From: an uncultured beta proteobacterium
GTDB taxonomy: Bacteria; Pseudomonadota; Gammaproteobacteria; Burkholderiales; SHXO01
Direction: 5' to 3'
Length of the DNA: 64,000 bases
Assembly: GCA_963747025.1 (NCBI GenBank)
Contig: CAVVDJ010000015.1
Span: 2,745 to 66,744, forward strand
Positions 21,986 to 31,627 of this stretch are shown one piece after another (the first letter of the stretch is position 1; each line of letters begins with the position of its first letter). Under the pieces are notes generated by a model, which saw nothing but the letters and a program-made list of their open reading frames with translations, was not told where the DNA came from and made no database searches. Both the position numbers and the translations under genes were made by a program.

Positions 21986-22922
21986 GTGAACAATAAGCGC
22001 ACCACGAACAAGCCCCCGTCAACGGCCCGCTCCAGCTTCGGACGGGCGCGGCCGCGCTCGAGCGCGAAGGCCGAAGACAAGAGTCAGACCCAGACGGAGC
22101 AGCCGGCCGCGCCGGTGTTTCGCATCGCTGGCATACAGATGGCGTCTGGCCCCAACGTCTCGGCCAATCTCAACGAGGCGCGCCGACTGATCGAGATGGC
22201 AGTGGAGCAGGGCGCCCGGTTGGTGGCGCTGCCCGAGTGGTTCGCTATCATGGGTCTGAAGGACACGGACAAGCTGGCCATCAGGGAAAAAGACGGCGAC
22301 GGCCCGATCCAGCACTTCCTTTCTACAACGGCACGCAAGCATCGAATCTGGCTTATCGGGTCCTCGATCCCACTGGCGTCTCCAGATTCGGGGCGGGTGC
22401 ACAACAGCATGCTGGTTTACGATGACGCCGGCCGTTGCGTGGCGCGATACGACAAGATCCATCTGTTCAGCCTCGACTTGGGCCAGGAACGCTTCTCGGA
22501 AGAACGCACCATCCATCCGGGCAACGAGGTCAAGGTTGTCGATACGCCCTTGGGGCGCATTGGACTGTCGGTGTGTTATGACTTGCGCTTTCCGGAGCTG
22601 TACCGAGCCATGCGCGACGTCGACGTTATCGTGGTGCCGTCGGCGTTTACCGAGACCACCGGCCGCGCCCACTGGGAAGCACTGCTGCGGGCGCGCGCCA
22701 TCGAAAACCTGGCCTACGTGCTTGCTCCGGCCCAGGGCGGGTATCATCTGAGTGGACGCGAAACCCATGGGCACAGCATGATCGTGGACCCCTGGGGCGT
22801 GGTGCTCGATCGTCTGCCGCGTGGCTCGGGCGTGGTAGTGGCAGGGATCAATCCCGACCTACCAGGCGCAGCTGCGCAGGAGCCTGCCGGCGCTCAAGCA
22901 CAGGACCATACATCGGGTGTGA
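21986..22922 (+). pseudogene. Carbon-nitrogen hydrolase (Nit family), C-terminal frameshift near 22850
   Basis: IAGIQMASG, LVALPEWF, YDKIHLF and GLSVCYDLRFPELY carry the Glu-Lys-Cys triad context. The expected tail TYQAQLRRSLPALKHRTIHRV-stop is in the +1 frame and ends at 22922. GTG 22115 is an alternative start. Confidence 0.8.
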
Positions 22923-22925
22923 GAA

Positions 22926-23091
22926 GCCGTGAGGCCGTGATGGCTCGTGACTCGTGGCTCGTAAAAGGCCGTGTCGCCCACATATCGCGAGATTGGGCAT
23001 CTCATGGGCTGCTGAGGACAGGAACCAGCGCATTTCGAACCACGAAACACGAGCCACGAACCACGCGCTTTTAGATCACGAATCACGGACC
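22926..23091. repeat. Heptamer-based inverted-repeat element filling the Nit/tldD spacer
   Basis: Left arm: ggctcgt-gactcgt-ggctcgt at 22942-22962, preceded by degenerate units. Right arm: acgaaac-acgagcc-acgaacc at 23042-23062, plus acgaatc-acggacc at 23078-23091. acgagcc is the exact complement of ggctcgt. Confidence 0.7.
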
Positions 23092-23093
23092 TT

Positions 23094-24558
23094 ATGAACG
23101 CCCCGACCAACACCGAACTGCTCTTCGCCACTGCCGACCGCGCATTGCTGGCGCCGTACGGCCTCGACGTCGGCGGCCTCACGCAGGTGTTCGGCCGCAT
23201 CCTCGCCCACCAGGTCGATTTCGCCGACCTCTACTTCCAATACAGCCGCAGCGAGAGCTGGAGCCTGGAGGAAGGCATCGTCAAATCCGGGAGCTTCAAC
23301 ATCGATCAGGGTGTGGGCGTGCGTGCGGTGAGCGGCGAGAAGACCGCCTTCGCGTATTCCGACGACATCAGCCTGCCAGCGCTCCGGTCCGCGGCGGAAG
23401 CCACGCGCGCGATTGCTCGCCAGGGCGGGCAAGGCCGCACTTGCGTCGCGAAGCGAAATGAGGGCCGCAGCCTTGTACCTGCCCGAAGATCCGTTGGCGA
23501 GCTTACAGGATCCGAGGAAGGTGGCTTCTGCTGGAGTCGGTCGAACGCTACGCCCGCGCCCGCGACCCACGCGTCAAGCAGGTGATCGCCGGCCTCGCGG
23601 GTGAGTACGAAGTGATGCTGGTGGCGCGCTCGGACGGGGTGATGGCCGCCGATGTCCGCCCCCTGGTGCGCCTGTCCGTGCAGGTGATCGCAGAGGAGAA
23701 CGGCCGCCGCGAGCAGGGTTCGGCCGGGCGGCGGCGGGCGCTTCGACTACGGGTATTTTACCGACGAGGTGTTGAGCGGCTACGTGGAGAAGGCCGTCGA
23801 GCAGGCGATCGTCAACCTCGACGCGCGGCCTGCCCCGGCGGGCACCATGACGGTGGTCCTGGGTCCGGGATGGCCCGGCGTGCTGCTGCACGAGGCCATC
23901 GGGCACGGCCTGGAGGGCGATTTCAACCGCAAGCGCAGCTCGGCTTTCTCTGGCCGCATCGGCGAGCGCGTCGCGGCACCGGGCGTCACCGTGGTGGACG
24001 ACGGCACGTTGCATCGGCGCCGCGGGTCGCTTGAACATCGACGACGAGGGCAACCCGACCCAGCGCACGGTGCTGATCGAGGACGGCGTGCTCAAGACCT
24101 ATATGCAGGACTCGCTCAATGCCCGGTTGATGGGAGTGCCGGTGACCGGCAACGGTCGGCGCGAGTCGTTCGCGCATGCGCCCGATGCCGCGCATGACCA
24201 ACACTTACATGCTGGCCGGGGACAAGGATCCCGGACGAGATCATCGCCTCGGTCCAGCGTGGCCTGTACGCCAAGAACTTCGGCGGCGGGCAGGTCGACA
24301 TCGTGAGCGGCAAGTTCGTGTTCTCCGCTTCCGAGGCCTACATGATCGAGGACGGTCGGACTCACCTATCCGGTCAAGGGCGCCACCCTGATCGGCAACG
24401 GTCCGGATGCGCTTACGCGGGTGAGCATGATCGGCAACGACATGTCGCTCGATCCGGGAGTGGGCACCTGCGGTAAGGAGGGTCAGAGCGTGCCGGTCGG
24501 CGTTGGCCAGCCGACGCTGCGGATCGACGGTCTAACCGTCGGCGGCACCGCCAGCTGA
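23094..24558 (+). pseudogene. tldD: Metalloprotease TldD, at least 7 frameshifts
   Basis: TldD segments appear in order across all three plus frames ([111 protein letters not shown]). Confidence 0.9.
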
Positions 24559-24597
24559 TCGGCCGCTTCGGCCAGGTCCCTGATTTGGTCAACGGGC

Positions 24598-25032
24598 TTA
24601 CTTGCCCGTCCGCGTCCGACTGCGCAATTGTGCACGTAGCCGCCCATGTGGTAGCCGACGTTGCGAACCTTCCTGGTGCAGGTACCGGTTCTGGATCTGA
24701 TAGGCCTCGAACTCCCGCGCGTACCACGCGTCGCAGTCGGGAGGGAGTCGAACCTGCCGGTGATCCCTTGCACGTGGTGCACCAGCTCGTGCAGCAGGAT
24801 CGAGCGGGCGCGCAGGTCGTGCTCGAGATCGAGCGCTTCGTCGATGAAAACGCCCTCACCCGTGAGGTAGAAGGCCTTGACGCTGCAGTGTGCCCGCGCA
24901 GATGCGTGCCTCCAGTTGCGCGTGCGGCAATGGGTGAATCTCGGGAACGGTTGCCGGCATCGGATAACCGGACAGCAGCCTGATGGCGGCAAACAGCTGG
25001 ACTAGGAGCTGCGTGAGGGCCTGATCGGTCAT
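24598..25032 (-). pseudogene. Small hypothetical protein with an HExxH motif (SILLHELVHHVQ), frame interrupted
   Basis: AGGAGG lies 6 nt before ATG 25032. The sequence continues across three minus frames (MTDQALTQLL..., CSVKAFYLTGEGVFIDEALDLEHDLRARSILLHELVHHVQGI, DCDAWYAREFEAYQIQNRYL). The end coordinate is approximate. Confidence 0.45.
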
Positions 25033-25236
25033 TTTCATCCTCCTGCGTGCGGCAGATCTGGCGCGATCCCCAGGCGCACGCATTCGAAGGAGCGCCATGT
25101 TCCAACGATGCGATGGTCGCTCGGCGCGCCGCCGCACGTCAATCGCATCGCTCCCCTGCGGCTTTGGGATAAAATCCGCGGCTGATCGATCGTTTTCTGA
25201 TCTTCCCGCGTGTCAAATTCCTCGAACTGATTTCCC

Positions 25237-26357
25237 GTGATCCTCATCCTCAACGACAAGGCCGACCCGAGTAGCGTCGAGTACGGCCGGCTGATGGCTG
25301 CTCTGCGCTTGCTTCCCGGCATCGAAGTCAAAGTGCACCGCATCGAGGGCGAGCTGCGCGCGGTGACCGAGGTTTACCTGATCGGTGACACCAAGCAGCT
25401 GTCGATCGATGAGATGCAGGCCCTGCCCTGCGTAGAGCACGTGGTGACGGGTGTCCGAGGAGTACCGCATCCTCGGCCGTCACAAGGACGACAGCCGTCC
25501 CAGCTACTTCGATTATCAGGGCCTGCGCTTCGGCCAGGACACCTTGCATGTGTTTGCCGGGCTATGCGCGGTGGATACGCCCGGCACGTCGAGCTGATGT
25601 GTCGGGCGCTCAAGGAGAACGGGCAGACTTGTACGCGCATGGGCGCCTACAAACCGCGCACCAGTCCCTATTCGTTCCAGGGGCATGGCAGCGCCTGCCT
25701 CGGTTACGTGTTCGACATCGCAGGCAAGCACGGCATCAAGATCATCGCGATGGAGGTGACGCACGAGTCGCACGTGGATGAGATCCGCGAAGCGCTGCGT
25801 CAGACCGGCAGCCCGACCGGTGTGATGCTGCAGATCGGCACGCGCAACACCCAGAACTTCGAGCTGCTGAAGGCGGTCGGCCGGCAGCAAGAGTTTCCCG
25901 GTTCTGCTCAAGCGCGGCTTCGGCATAACGCTGGATGAGTCCCTGAACGCAGCGGAGTACCTGGCGAGCGAGGGCAACAGCAAAGTGGTGTTCGGACTGC
26001 GCGGGATGAAGACGAACATGGGCGATCCGCACCGCAACTTCGTGGACTTTGCTCACGTGCCGGTAGTCAAGCGGCTCACGCGCATGCCGGTCTGCGTGGA
26101 TCCGTCGCACTCGGTCGGCTCGCGTGCGCGTGCGCCCGACGGCATCCTGGATCTCATGCACGTGACCGCGCAGGCGGTCGCCGCCGGCGCCAACATGGTG
26201 TTGATCGACTTTCACCCGGATCCCGCCAAGGCGCTGGTGGATGGACCTCAGGCATTGCAACTGCCCGAGCTCGCGCATTTCCTCGAGGACGTGGCGATTG
26301 CGCGACGAGGCCTATTTGCAGCGAGTGGAAGCGGCAAAGCGGCATCAACTCGCTTGA
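25237..26357 (+). pseudogene. 3-deoxy-7-phosphoheptulonate (DAHP) synthase, type I-beta with N-terminal ferredoxin-like domain; 4 frameshifts
   Basis: GAYKPRTSPYSFQGHG, MLQIGTRNTQNFELLK, VVFGLRG and VCVDPSHSVG match the KDO8PS-like DAHP synthase class. Frame changes lie near 25447, 25572, 25895 and 26300. GTG start at 25237. Confidence 0.85.
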
Positions 26358-26466
26358 GCGGTGCCTTCCCGTCCGCCTGCGAATCCGGGCCGTTTTTGCC
26401 AAATGCCCGCCGCTTAACGCATAATCGTCGCGCCTTCACGATACCGCTGCGGCTTCCCGACGCCCT

Positions 26467-26991
26467 ATGGTAGACATTGCTGCGAAAAACGCGCTGCTCA
26501 ACAATCTGGAGCACCTGGGCGAGGGCACCGCGCTGGCCCAGCAGATTTTCGACATGATCGGCCACTCGAAATTCTTCGCCGATTTCAGTCGCGACGATGT
26601 ACAGATGCTGGCCGGGTTCATGCAGGTGTACCGGGCCGAGCCGGGACTCATGATCATCCGCGAGGGCGACATCGACGACTACATGCTGCTGATCATCCAG
26701 GGCAAGGTCGATATCGTCAAGACCGACAAGCGCGGGGTGATCCAGGCGATGACCAGCGTCGGTCCCGGCATGACGCTAGGCGAGATGTCTATGATCGACG
26801 GGGAGCCCCGCTTCGCGACGTGCATCGCGGTCGAGCCCACCACGTTCTCTGTACTGTCGCGCGACGCCATGGTACGCATCATCCTGGAAGAGCCTGCGCT
26901 GGGCGCCAAGCTTCTGATCAAGCTGGTGACCCTGTTGTCCCAGAGGCTGCGCCAGACCAGCTCCACGCTGCTCCACTACATGGAGCGGTGA
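26467..26991 (+). CDS. Stand-alone cyclic nucleotide-binding domain protein
   Basis: 174-aa ORF with a cNMP-binding fold signature (IIREGDIDDYMLLIIQGKV, LGEMSMIDGEPRFATC). Confidence 0.85.
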   Translation: MVDIAAKNALLNNLEHLGEGTALAQQIFDMIGHSKFFADFSRDDVQMLAGFMQVYRAEPGLMIIREGDIDDYMLLIIQGKVDIVKTDKRGVIQAMTSVGPGMTLGEMSMIDGEPRFATCIAVEPTTFSVLSRDAMVRIILEEPALGAKLLIKLVTLLSQRLRQTSSTLLHYMER

Positions 26992-27014
26992 GACGGTTTC
27001 TGCGCGGCTGCTCG

Positions 27015-27720
27015 CTACAGTTTCGTGCACTGCCCCTTGTACAGTACCGGGCCCGTCGGCAGCCCAGTGGGAGAGCCCGCCGCTGGGCTCTACGCTCATG
27101 GCCAGCCCCCATGCGCGATCGATGAGCGGAGCTAGCTTGCGTGGCATCGTGAGCTCCTGGGTGGGCTCGGTGCCGATGAGGCCCAGCGAGACGGGCTTCT
27201 GGTCACCGCCGGGCAGCATCCACAGTTCCCAGGCCGTGCCGGCCGGCATCTCCGGATGACCGAACACGCGGATGCGGAGCTTCGGCTCGCCCGGAATGTG
27301 CATAGGCCAGGAGACAGTCATGGCGGGGCTCGCGTCTTCCCCCGACATGACCACCACCATCATCTCGGGTGCGTGCCGGCCCGGTAGCAGGACTGCAAGC
27401 GATACCGCCAGCGCTAAGGCTGCCGCTGTGCTCGCCAGCGCCGCGGCGCGCCATAACCCCAGGTTGGTCCAGAGGCTGCGCCGGCCCGATCCCAGCTGAA
27501 TCCGGTCGCGGATCGCACCCCAGACGCGCGCTGGCGGCTGCACCGGGTCGGCCAGCGCGTCCAGCGGCGCCAGCCGCTCGCGCCACTGCGCAACCAGGTC
27601 GCGCAAGCCCGGGTCGTCCTTCAGCGACCTCTCGAAACGTCGGCGCGCGCGGCCTTGCAGCACGCCGAGTACGTACTCGGCCGCCAAGGCTTCACGCAAT
27701 GGTTGATTGTGGTATTTCAT
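27015..27720 (-). pseudogene. Anti-sigma factor (RskA-like), C-terminal frameshift near 27075
   Basis: The N-terminal anti-sigma domain (LAAEYVLGVL...RRRFERSL), a single TM segment and a C-terminal RskA-like domain (WELWMLPGG...PVSLGLI) are all present. The expected tail GSPTGLPTGPVLYKGQCTKL-stop is in another frame and ends at 27015. Confidence 0.75.
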
Positions 27721-27729
27721 CCGTGTCCG

Positions 27730-28288
27730 TCAACGGCCGCGGTCCATGCAACCCTTCAACCGCTCCAGACCGCGCCGTATCCAGGTCTTGACCGTGCCCA
27801 GCGGCTGCTTGAGATGGTCGGCGAGCTCGCCATGCGACAGGCCATGCGAATAGGCCAGCACGATGGTCTGTCGCTGGTCGCCGCTGAGCTGTTTGAGGCA
27901 TTCCGCCAGAGCCATCGCATCGCGGCTGTTGCCCAACGCGATGTCGGGGCCGGCGGCTTCGTCAGGCAACGACTCGACCAGAAGGTCGTAGTCTTCGTCC
28001 CCGCGCTCGAGGTTCGGCCTGCGCAGCCAGTCCAGAGCACCGGTTGCGTACGATAGCGGTCATCCAGGTCATCGGCGCGCTGCGCGCCGCGCTGTATTCG
28101 ACGATGTGGTTCCAGATATTGACGAAGCTCTCCTGCAGGACCTCTTCGGCCCAGTCGTTCCTTCGCAATATACGGATCGCAACGCCGTACAGTTTCGCCG
28201 ACGTCAAGCGGTACAACTCCGCAAAGGCGCGTTGGTCGCGCAGCACGCAGCGCGCCATCAGCTCGGCGATTGCGTCGGGGTCAGCCAC
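27730..28288 (-). pseudogene. ECF (sigma-70 family) RNA polymerase sigma factor, 2 frameshifts
   Basis: Region 2 is in ORF 27962..28345 (AFAELYRLTSAKLYGVAIRILRRNDWAEEVLQESFVNIW). Region 4 is in ORF 27730..27969 (LSGDQRQTIVLAYSHGLSHGELADHLKQPLGTVKTWIRRGL). Frame changes lie near 28050 and 27965. GTG 28288 is the likely start. Confidence 0.8.
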
Positions 28289-28328
28289 GGGGAAACGGGT
28301 GGTATTCGTGCGTGCTCGGCGCCAGCGG

Positions 28329-28895
28329 TCAGTTGCCGCCGTCAACCGGGTTGCGGCCCTTTTGCCACAGTACGTCAGCGTGGCCGCCGCGACGGTTGAT
28401 CACACGGCTCAGGACGAACAGCAGGTCGGACAAGCGGTTCAGGTATTGCACACCATACGGGGAGAAGGTCCCGCTGGATGCAAGGGCAACCAGCCGCCGC
28501 TCGGCGCGGCGGCACACGGCGCGTGCAAGGTGGGAGATTGCCGCGGCCCGGCTGCCGCCGGGCAAGATAAAGTCCTTGAGCGGACCGAGGTCGGCGTTGT
28601 GCCGGTCGAGGAGCTGCTCCAGACGCTTCACGTGGGCGGGTGCGATGCGGTCGTGGCCGGGGATGGACAGTTCCCCGCCGAGCTCGAACAGGTCGTGCTG
28701 CACGCCGGTCAGCGCGGAACGCAAGTCTTCGTCCAACGGCTCCGCGAGCAGCATGCCTACGCAGCTGTTCAGCTCGTCGACCGCGCCGATCGCCTCTATG
28801 CGCAGGCTGTTCTTGGCGACACGGGAGCCGTCGCCCAGTCCGGTCTCGCCGCCATCGCCGGTGCGTGTATAGATCTTACTGAGTCGGTGTCCCAT
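28329..28895 (-). CDS. ATP:cob(I)alamin adenosyltransferase, PduO type
   Basis: 188-aa ORF: KIYTRTGDGGETGL, DELNSCVG, LQHDLFELGGEL, FILPGG, ARAVCRRAER. Confidence 0.9.
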   Translation of the reverse strand: MGHRLSKIYTRTGDGGETGLGDGSRVAKNSLRIEAIGAVDELNSCVGMLLAEPLDEDLRSALTGVQHDLFELGGELSIPGHDRIAPAHVKRLEQLLDRHNADLGPLKDFILPGGSRAAAISHLARAVCRRAERRLVALASSGTFSPYGVQYLNRLSDLLFVLSRVINRRGGHADVLWQKGRNPVDGGN

Positions 28896-29303
28896 ACGAG
28901 TTCGCGTCCAGGTCGAGGCGAAGGGTTGGCATTATAGGCGTTGGCCAAAGCCCCGGCCAACGCGGTGCGCTGGTTCACTTGCCTCGTTGCCCGAGCTCGA
29001 GTTGGACATAACGGCAGACGATCGAGGATGTCGTGATTACGATTGTGCTGGCGGCGGAGAAGCATCGGGTCGACTTCGAGCCGCTTTCATCTCGGCAACG
29101 CACCCACTGCTTACTCCGGCTGGAATAAGAGAGTGAATCCGGTGCCCGCTCCCTCGTGGCGGACGCGCTCGCCAATTGCATGGGCGGCGCGGCCAGTGCT
29201 GTGGATTGACCGGCCCGTGCCTATCCGATAGAGTTCGCGCTGGATTCAAGGCCCAAAAGAGCAAGACGATGTGCCTGGACCGTCCGTCTTCGAGAAGTCC
29301 ACG

Positions 29304-29642
29304 ATGAAGCCATATCGCATAATTCGGTGCGTTTGCGCGGCGACACTGTTTGCGGTGCTTTCTACCTCAATTTGGGCTGAGGGCGATGCGGCCGCTGGCA
29401 AGCAGAAGACATGGACGTGCGAAGGTTGCCACGGCATCCCCGACTACCGCACTGCTTACCCCGAGGTGTACTCCGTGCCAAAGCTCGGCGGCCAGAGCGC
29501 CGGCTACATCCTGAAGGCGCTGCAGGACTACAAGGCCGGCACTCGCAAAAACACGACTATGGGCGCGATCGCGGCCAGGCTCAGCGAGCAGGATATGGCC
29601 GATATCGCCGCCTACTATGCCGACAGCGGCACCGGGAAGTGA
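29304..29642 (+). CDS. Class I c-type cytochrome (single haem)
   Basis: Signal peptide, CEGCHG haem-binding motif and a distal Met context (TMGAIA). Confidence 0.85.
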   Translation: MKPYRIIRCVCAATLFAVLSTSIWAEGDAAAGKQKTWTCEGCHGIPDYRTAYPEVYSVPKLGGQSAGYILKALQDYKAGTRKNTTMGAIAARLSEQDMADIAAYYADSGTGK

Positions 29643-29670
29643 CCCCCGAACCTTGCACCGAGCGCGCACG

Positions 29671-29994
29671 ATGAACAAGCTGATTGTGACGAGCGTCTGC
29701 CTGATGTTGGTTGCTACCGCTCCGGTGTTCGCGGGAGACTACGCGGCAGGCAAGGAAAAAGCGGCGGCCTGCGCGGCCTGCCATGGTGCCGATGGCAACA
29801 AGCCGATCACGCCCGAGATCCCGCGCCTGGGCGGGCAGCACTACGACTACCTGGAGCACTCCTTGAAAGCCTACCGATCGGGCGCACGCGAGAACGCCAT
29901 GATGACTCCGATGGCGAAGCCGCTCACCGACAAGGACATCAAAGACGTGGCCTGGTACTTCTCGCGCCAGACCGGCTTGGTCACCAAGTACTAG
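29671..29994 (+). CDS. Class I c-type cytochrome (single haem)
   Basis: Signal peptide (VCLMLVATAPVFA), CAACHG motif and MMTPMA. It is a paralogue of the preceding gene. Confidence 0.85.
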   Translation: MNKLIVTSVCLMLVATAPVFAGDYAAGKEKAAACAACHGADGNKPITPEIPRLGGQHYDYLEHSLKAYRSGARENAMMTPMAKPLTDKDIKDVAWYFSRQTGLVTKY

Positions 29995-30017
29995 AAAGAG
30001 CAGCACCTTCCGCGAAC

Positions 30018-30048
30018 AGGGCCGGCTTTGCTGGCCCTTGTCGTTTCT
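30018..30048 (+). terminator. Putative intrinsic terminator after the cytochrome c genes
   Basis: agggccgg-ctttg-ctggccct stem-loop followed by a T-rich tgtcgtttctg. Confidence 0.5.
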
Positions 30049-30082
30049 GCAGCGTCCCACTGGAGTTGCCACTGCGCGGCGC

Positions 30083-30152
30083 GGCTCGTGGCTCGTGGCT
30101 CGTGGCTCGTGGCTCGTGGCTCGTGGCTCGTGGCTCGTGGCTCGTGGCTCGT
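30083..30152. repeat. Perfect tandem array, 10 copies of the heptamer GGCTCGT
   Basis: Counted directly: units start at 30083, 30090 ... 30146. A degenerate gatgctc follows. Confidence 0.95.
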
Positions 30153-30193
30153 GATGCTCACACAGCCTAGCAATTTAGCACGCTACGCGCGTT

Positions 30194-30221
30194 ACGAATC
30201 ACGAATCACGAGTCACGAGTC
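30194..30221. repeat. Four tandem heptamers ACGAATC ACGAATC ACGAGTC ACGAGTC, near-complementary to the GGCTCGT array
   Basis: Read directly. The last units overlap the 3' end and stop codon (30213-30215) of nth on the minus strand. Confidence 0.85.
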
Positions 30222-30852
30222 CGGGCTCTTATGCCGGTATTCGCACAAATCCCGGATGGGGCAGGTGGGACAGTCGGGCTTGCGCGCCTTGCACACGTAG
30301 CGTCCATGCAGGATCAGCCAGTGGTGCGCGTTCTTGCGGTACACCTCCGGCACCAGCCTCAGCAGCTTGTTCTCCACTTCAACGACGTTCTTCCCAGGCG
30401 CCAGGCCGGTACGGTTCGCCACTCGGAAGATATGGGTGTCCACCGCGATGGTGGGCTCGCCGAATGCCGTATTGAGAATGACGTTGGCGGTCTTGCGTCC
30501 GACTCCGGGCAGGCTCTCGAGCGCCTCGCGCTCGCGCGGCACCTCGCCGCCGTACCGGTCGAGCAGAATCCGGCAGGCCGCGAGCAGGTTCTTCGCCTTG
30601 GTGCGATACAACCCGATGGTCTTGATGTAGGCTCTCGAGACCATCCTGCCCGAGCGCAAGCATCGCGGTGGGCGAGCTCGCCGCCGCAAATAGCCGCGGC
30701 GTGGCGAGATTGACGCTCTTGTCCGTGGCTTGGGCGGAGAGCACCACGGCGACCAGAAGCTCGAAGGGGGTGCGATAGTGCAGTTCGGTCGCAGGCTCCG
30801 GGTTCAGGCTCTGCAGGCGACTGAAGATCTGTTCGCGCTTGGAGGCGTTCAT
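30213..30852 (-). pseudogene. nth: Endonuclease III, one frameshift near 30640
   Basis: The N-terminus is in ORF 30379..30852 (PFELLVAVVLSAQATDKSVN). The rest is in ORF 30213..30689 (LPGVGRKTANVILNTAFG, VDTHIFRVANR, CKARKPDCPTCPIRDLC with the 4Fe-4S cysteines). Confidence 0.9.
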
Positions 30853-30914
30853 CGACTGCTTCTCAAGCTCGCGTCACGCGCCGCCTCGAGTCTCGCATTC
30901 CGGAGCAGCGGGTC

Positions 30915-31598
30915 TTACGGACTTCCGACCTTCGCCGCTGCTCGGCGAGTGCGAGCGCGTTCGATCGCCGCACGCACTGCCGAGCTCTTGCGCTCAGAAT
31001 CGGCCAGCGGCGGTGCCTTGTGCGTCGACCTTTCCCGGCGCGCCATTGGCCCTTGCGGCCAGCTGCGCTTCCCGCTGCTCGCGCTCGCGTTGCGCCCGCA
31101 CCCGATGGAACTGATAGCGGACGCGCGCTTGCGCTGCGCGTCGTTCCGGTAGCGCGATCGGGAATGCTGGCGCCGCGACGAACCAGCTCGTCGAGCTCTA
31201 CCATCTGGATGCAGTCGACGGGGCATGGCGGTAAGCATAGCTCGCAGCCGGTGCAATGCTCGAGGAGCACGGTGTGCATCCGTTTGGGGCCTCCGACGAT
31301 GGCATCCACCGGACAAGCTTGGATGCAGAGCGTGCAGCCGATGCACCAGGTCTCGTCGATCAGCGCCGCGGCGCGTGGCCGCTCCGTTCCATAGGCCGGA
31401 TTCAGGGGTTTGGACGCGCGGTCCAAGAAGCGTCGCCAGCTCTACGACTCCCGCTGCGCCGCCCGGAGGGCATTGGTCGATGTCGGCCTTCCCGGCGGCG
31501 ATGGCCTCGGCGTACGGACGGCACCCGGGGTAGCCGCACTTCGTGCATTGTGTCTGCGGCAGCAGTGCGTCTATCTGGTCGATCAGGTTCGCAGTCAT
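30915..31598 (-). pseudogene. RnfB/RsxB-like ferredoxin (4Fe-4S), several frameshifts
   Basis: [34 protein letters not shown] is followed in another frame by [16 protein letters not shown] and [16 protein letters not shown]. It lies directly upstream of nth, as in rsx-nth operons. The 3' end is approximate. Confidence 0.75.
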
Positions 31599-31627
31599 GG
31601 AGAACGCGATATTCGAAGCCGCCTGCT

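Noticed and set aside
21986-22114. 43-aa Lys/Arg/Ser-rich N-terminal extension of the Nit hydrolase.
   Set aside because: I cannot verify it. The conserved domain starts at about 22115 (GTG, VFRIAGIQM). The long form is kept only because its start has a better-spaced purine-rich site. Treat the start as uncertain.
28896-29303. Possible cobalamin riboswitch in the 400-nt spacer next to the PduO-type adenosyltransferase gene (gtgaatccggtg and ggccagtgctg resemble parts of the B12 element).
   Set aside because: There is no proper B12 box (GCCACTG context). The conserved GGGAAG...GGTG...AATCC...GC core cannot be aligned on either strand, and the orientation relative to the flanking genes is awkward. 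A covariance-model scan (Rfam RF00174) would settle it.
30083-30152. CRISPR array.
   Set aside because: The 7-nt units are directly abutting with no spacers, and no cas genes are present. It is a microsatellite-type tandem repeat.
30028-30300. 90-aa ORF encoding ARGSWLVARGSWLVARGSW repeats.
   Set aside because: It is simply the translation of the GGCTCGT heptamer array (21-nt periodicity). It has no start context, and it overlaps the nth 3' end on the other strand.
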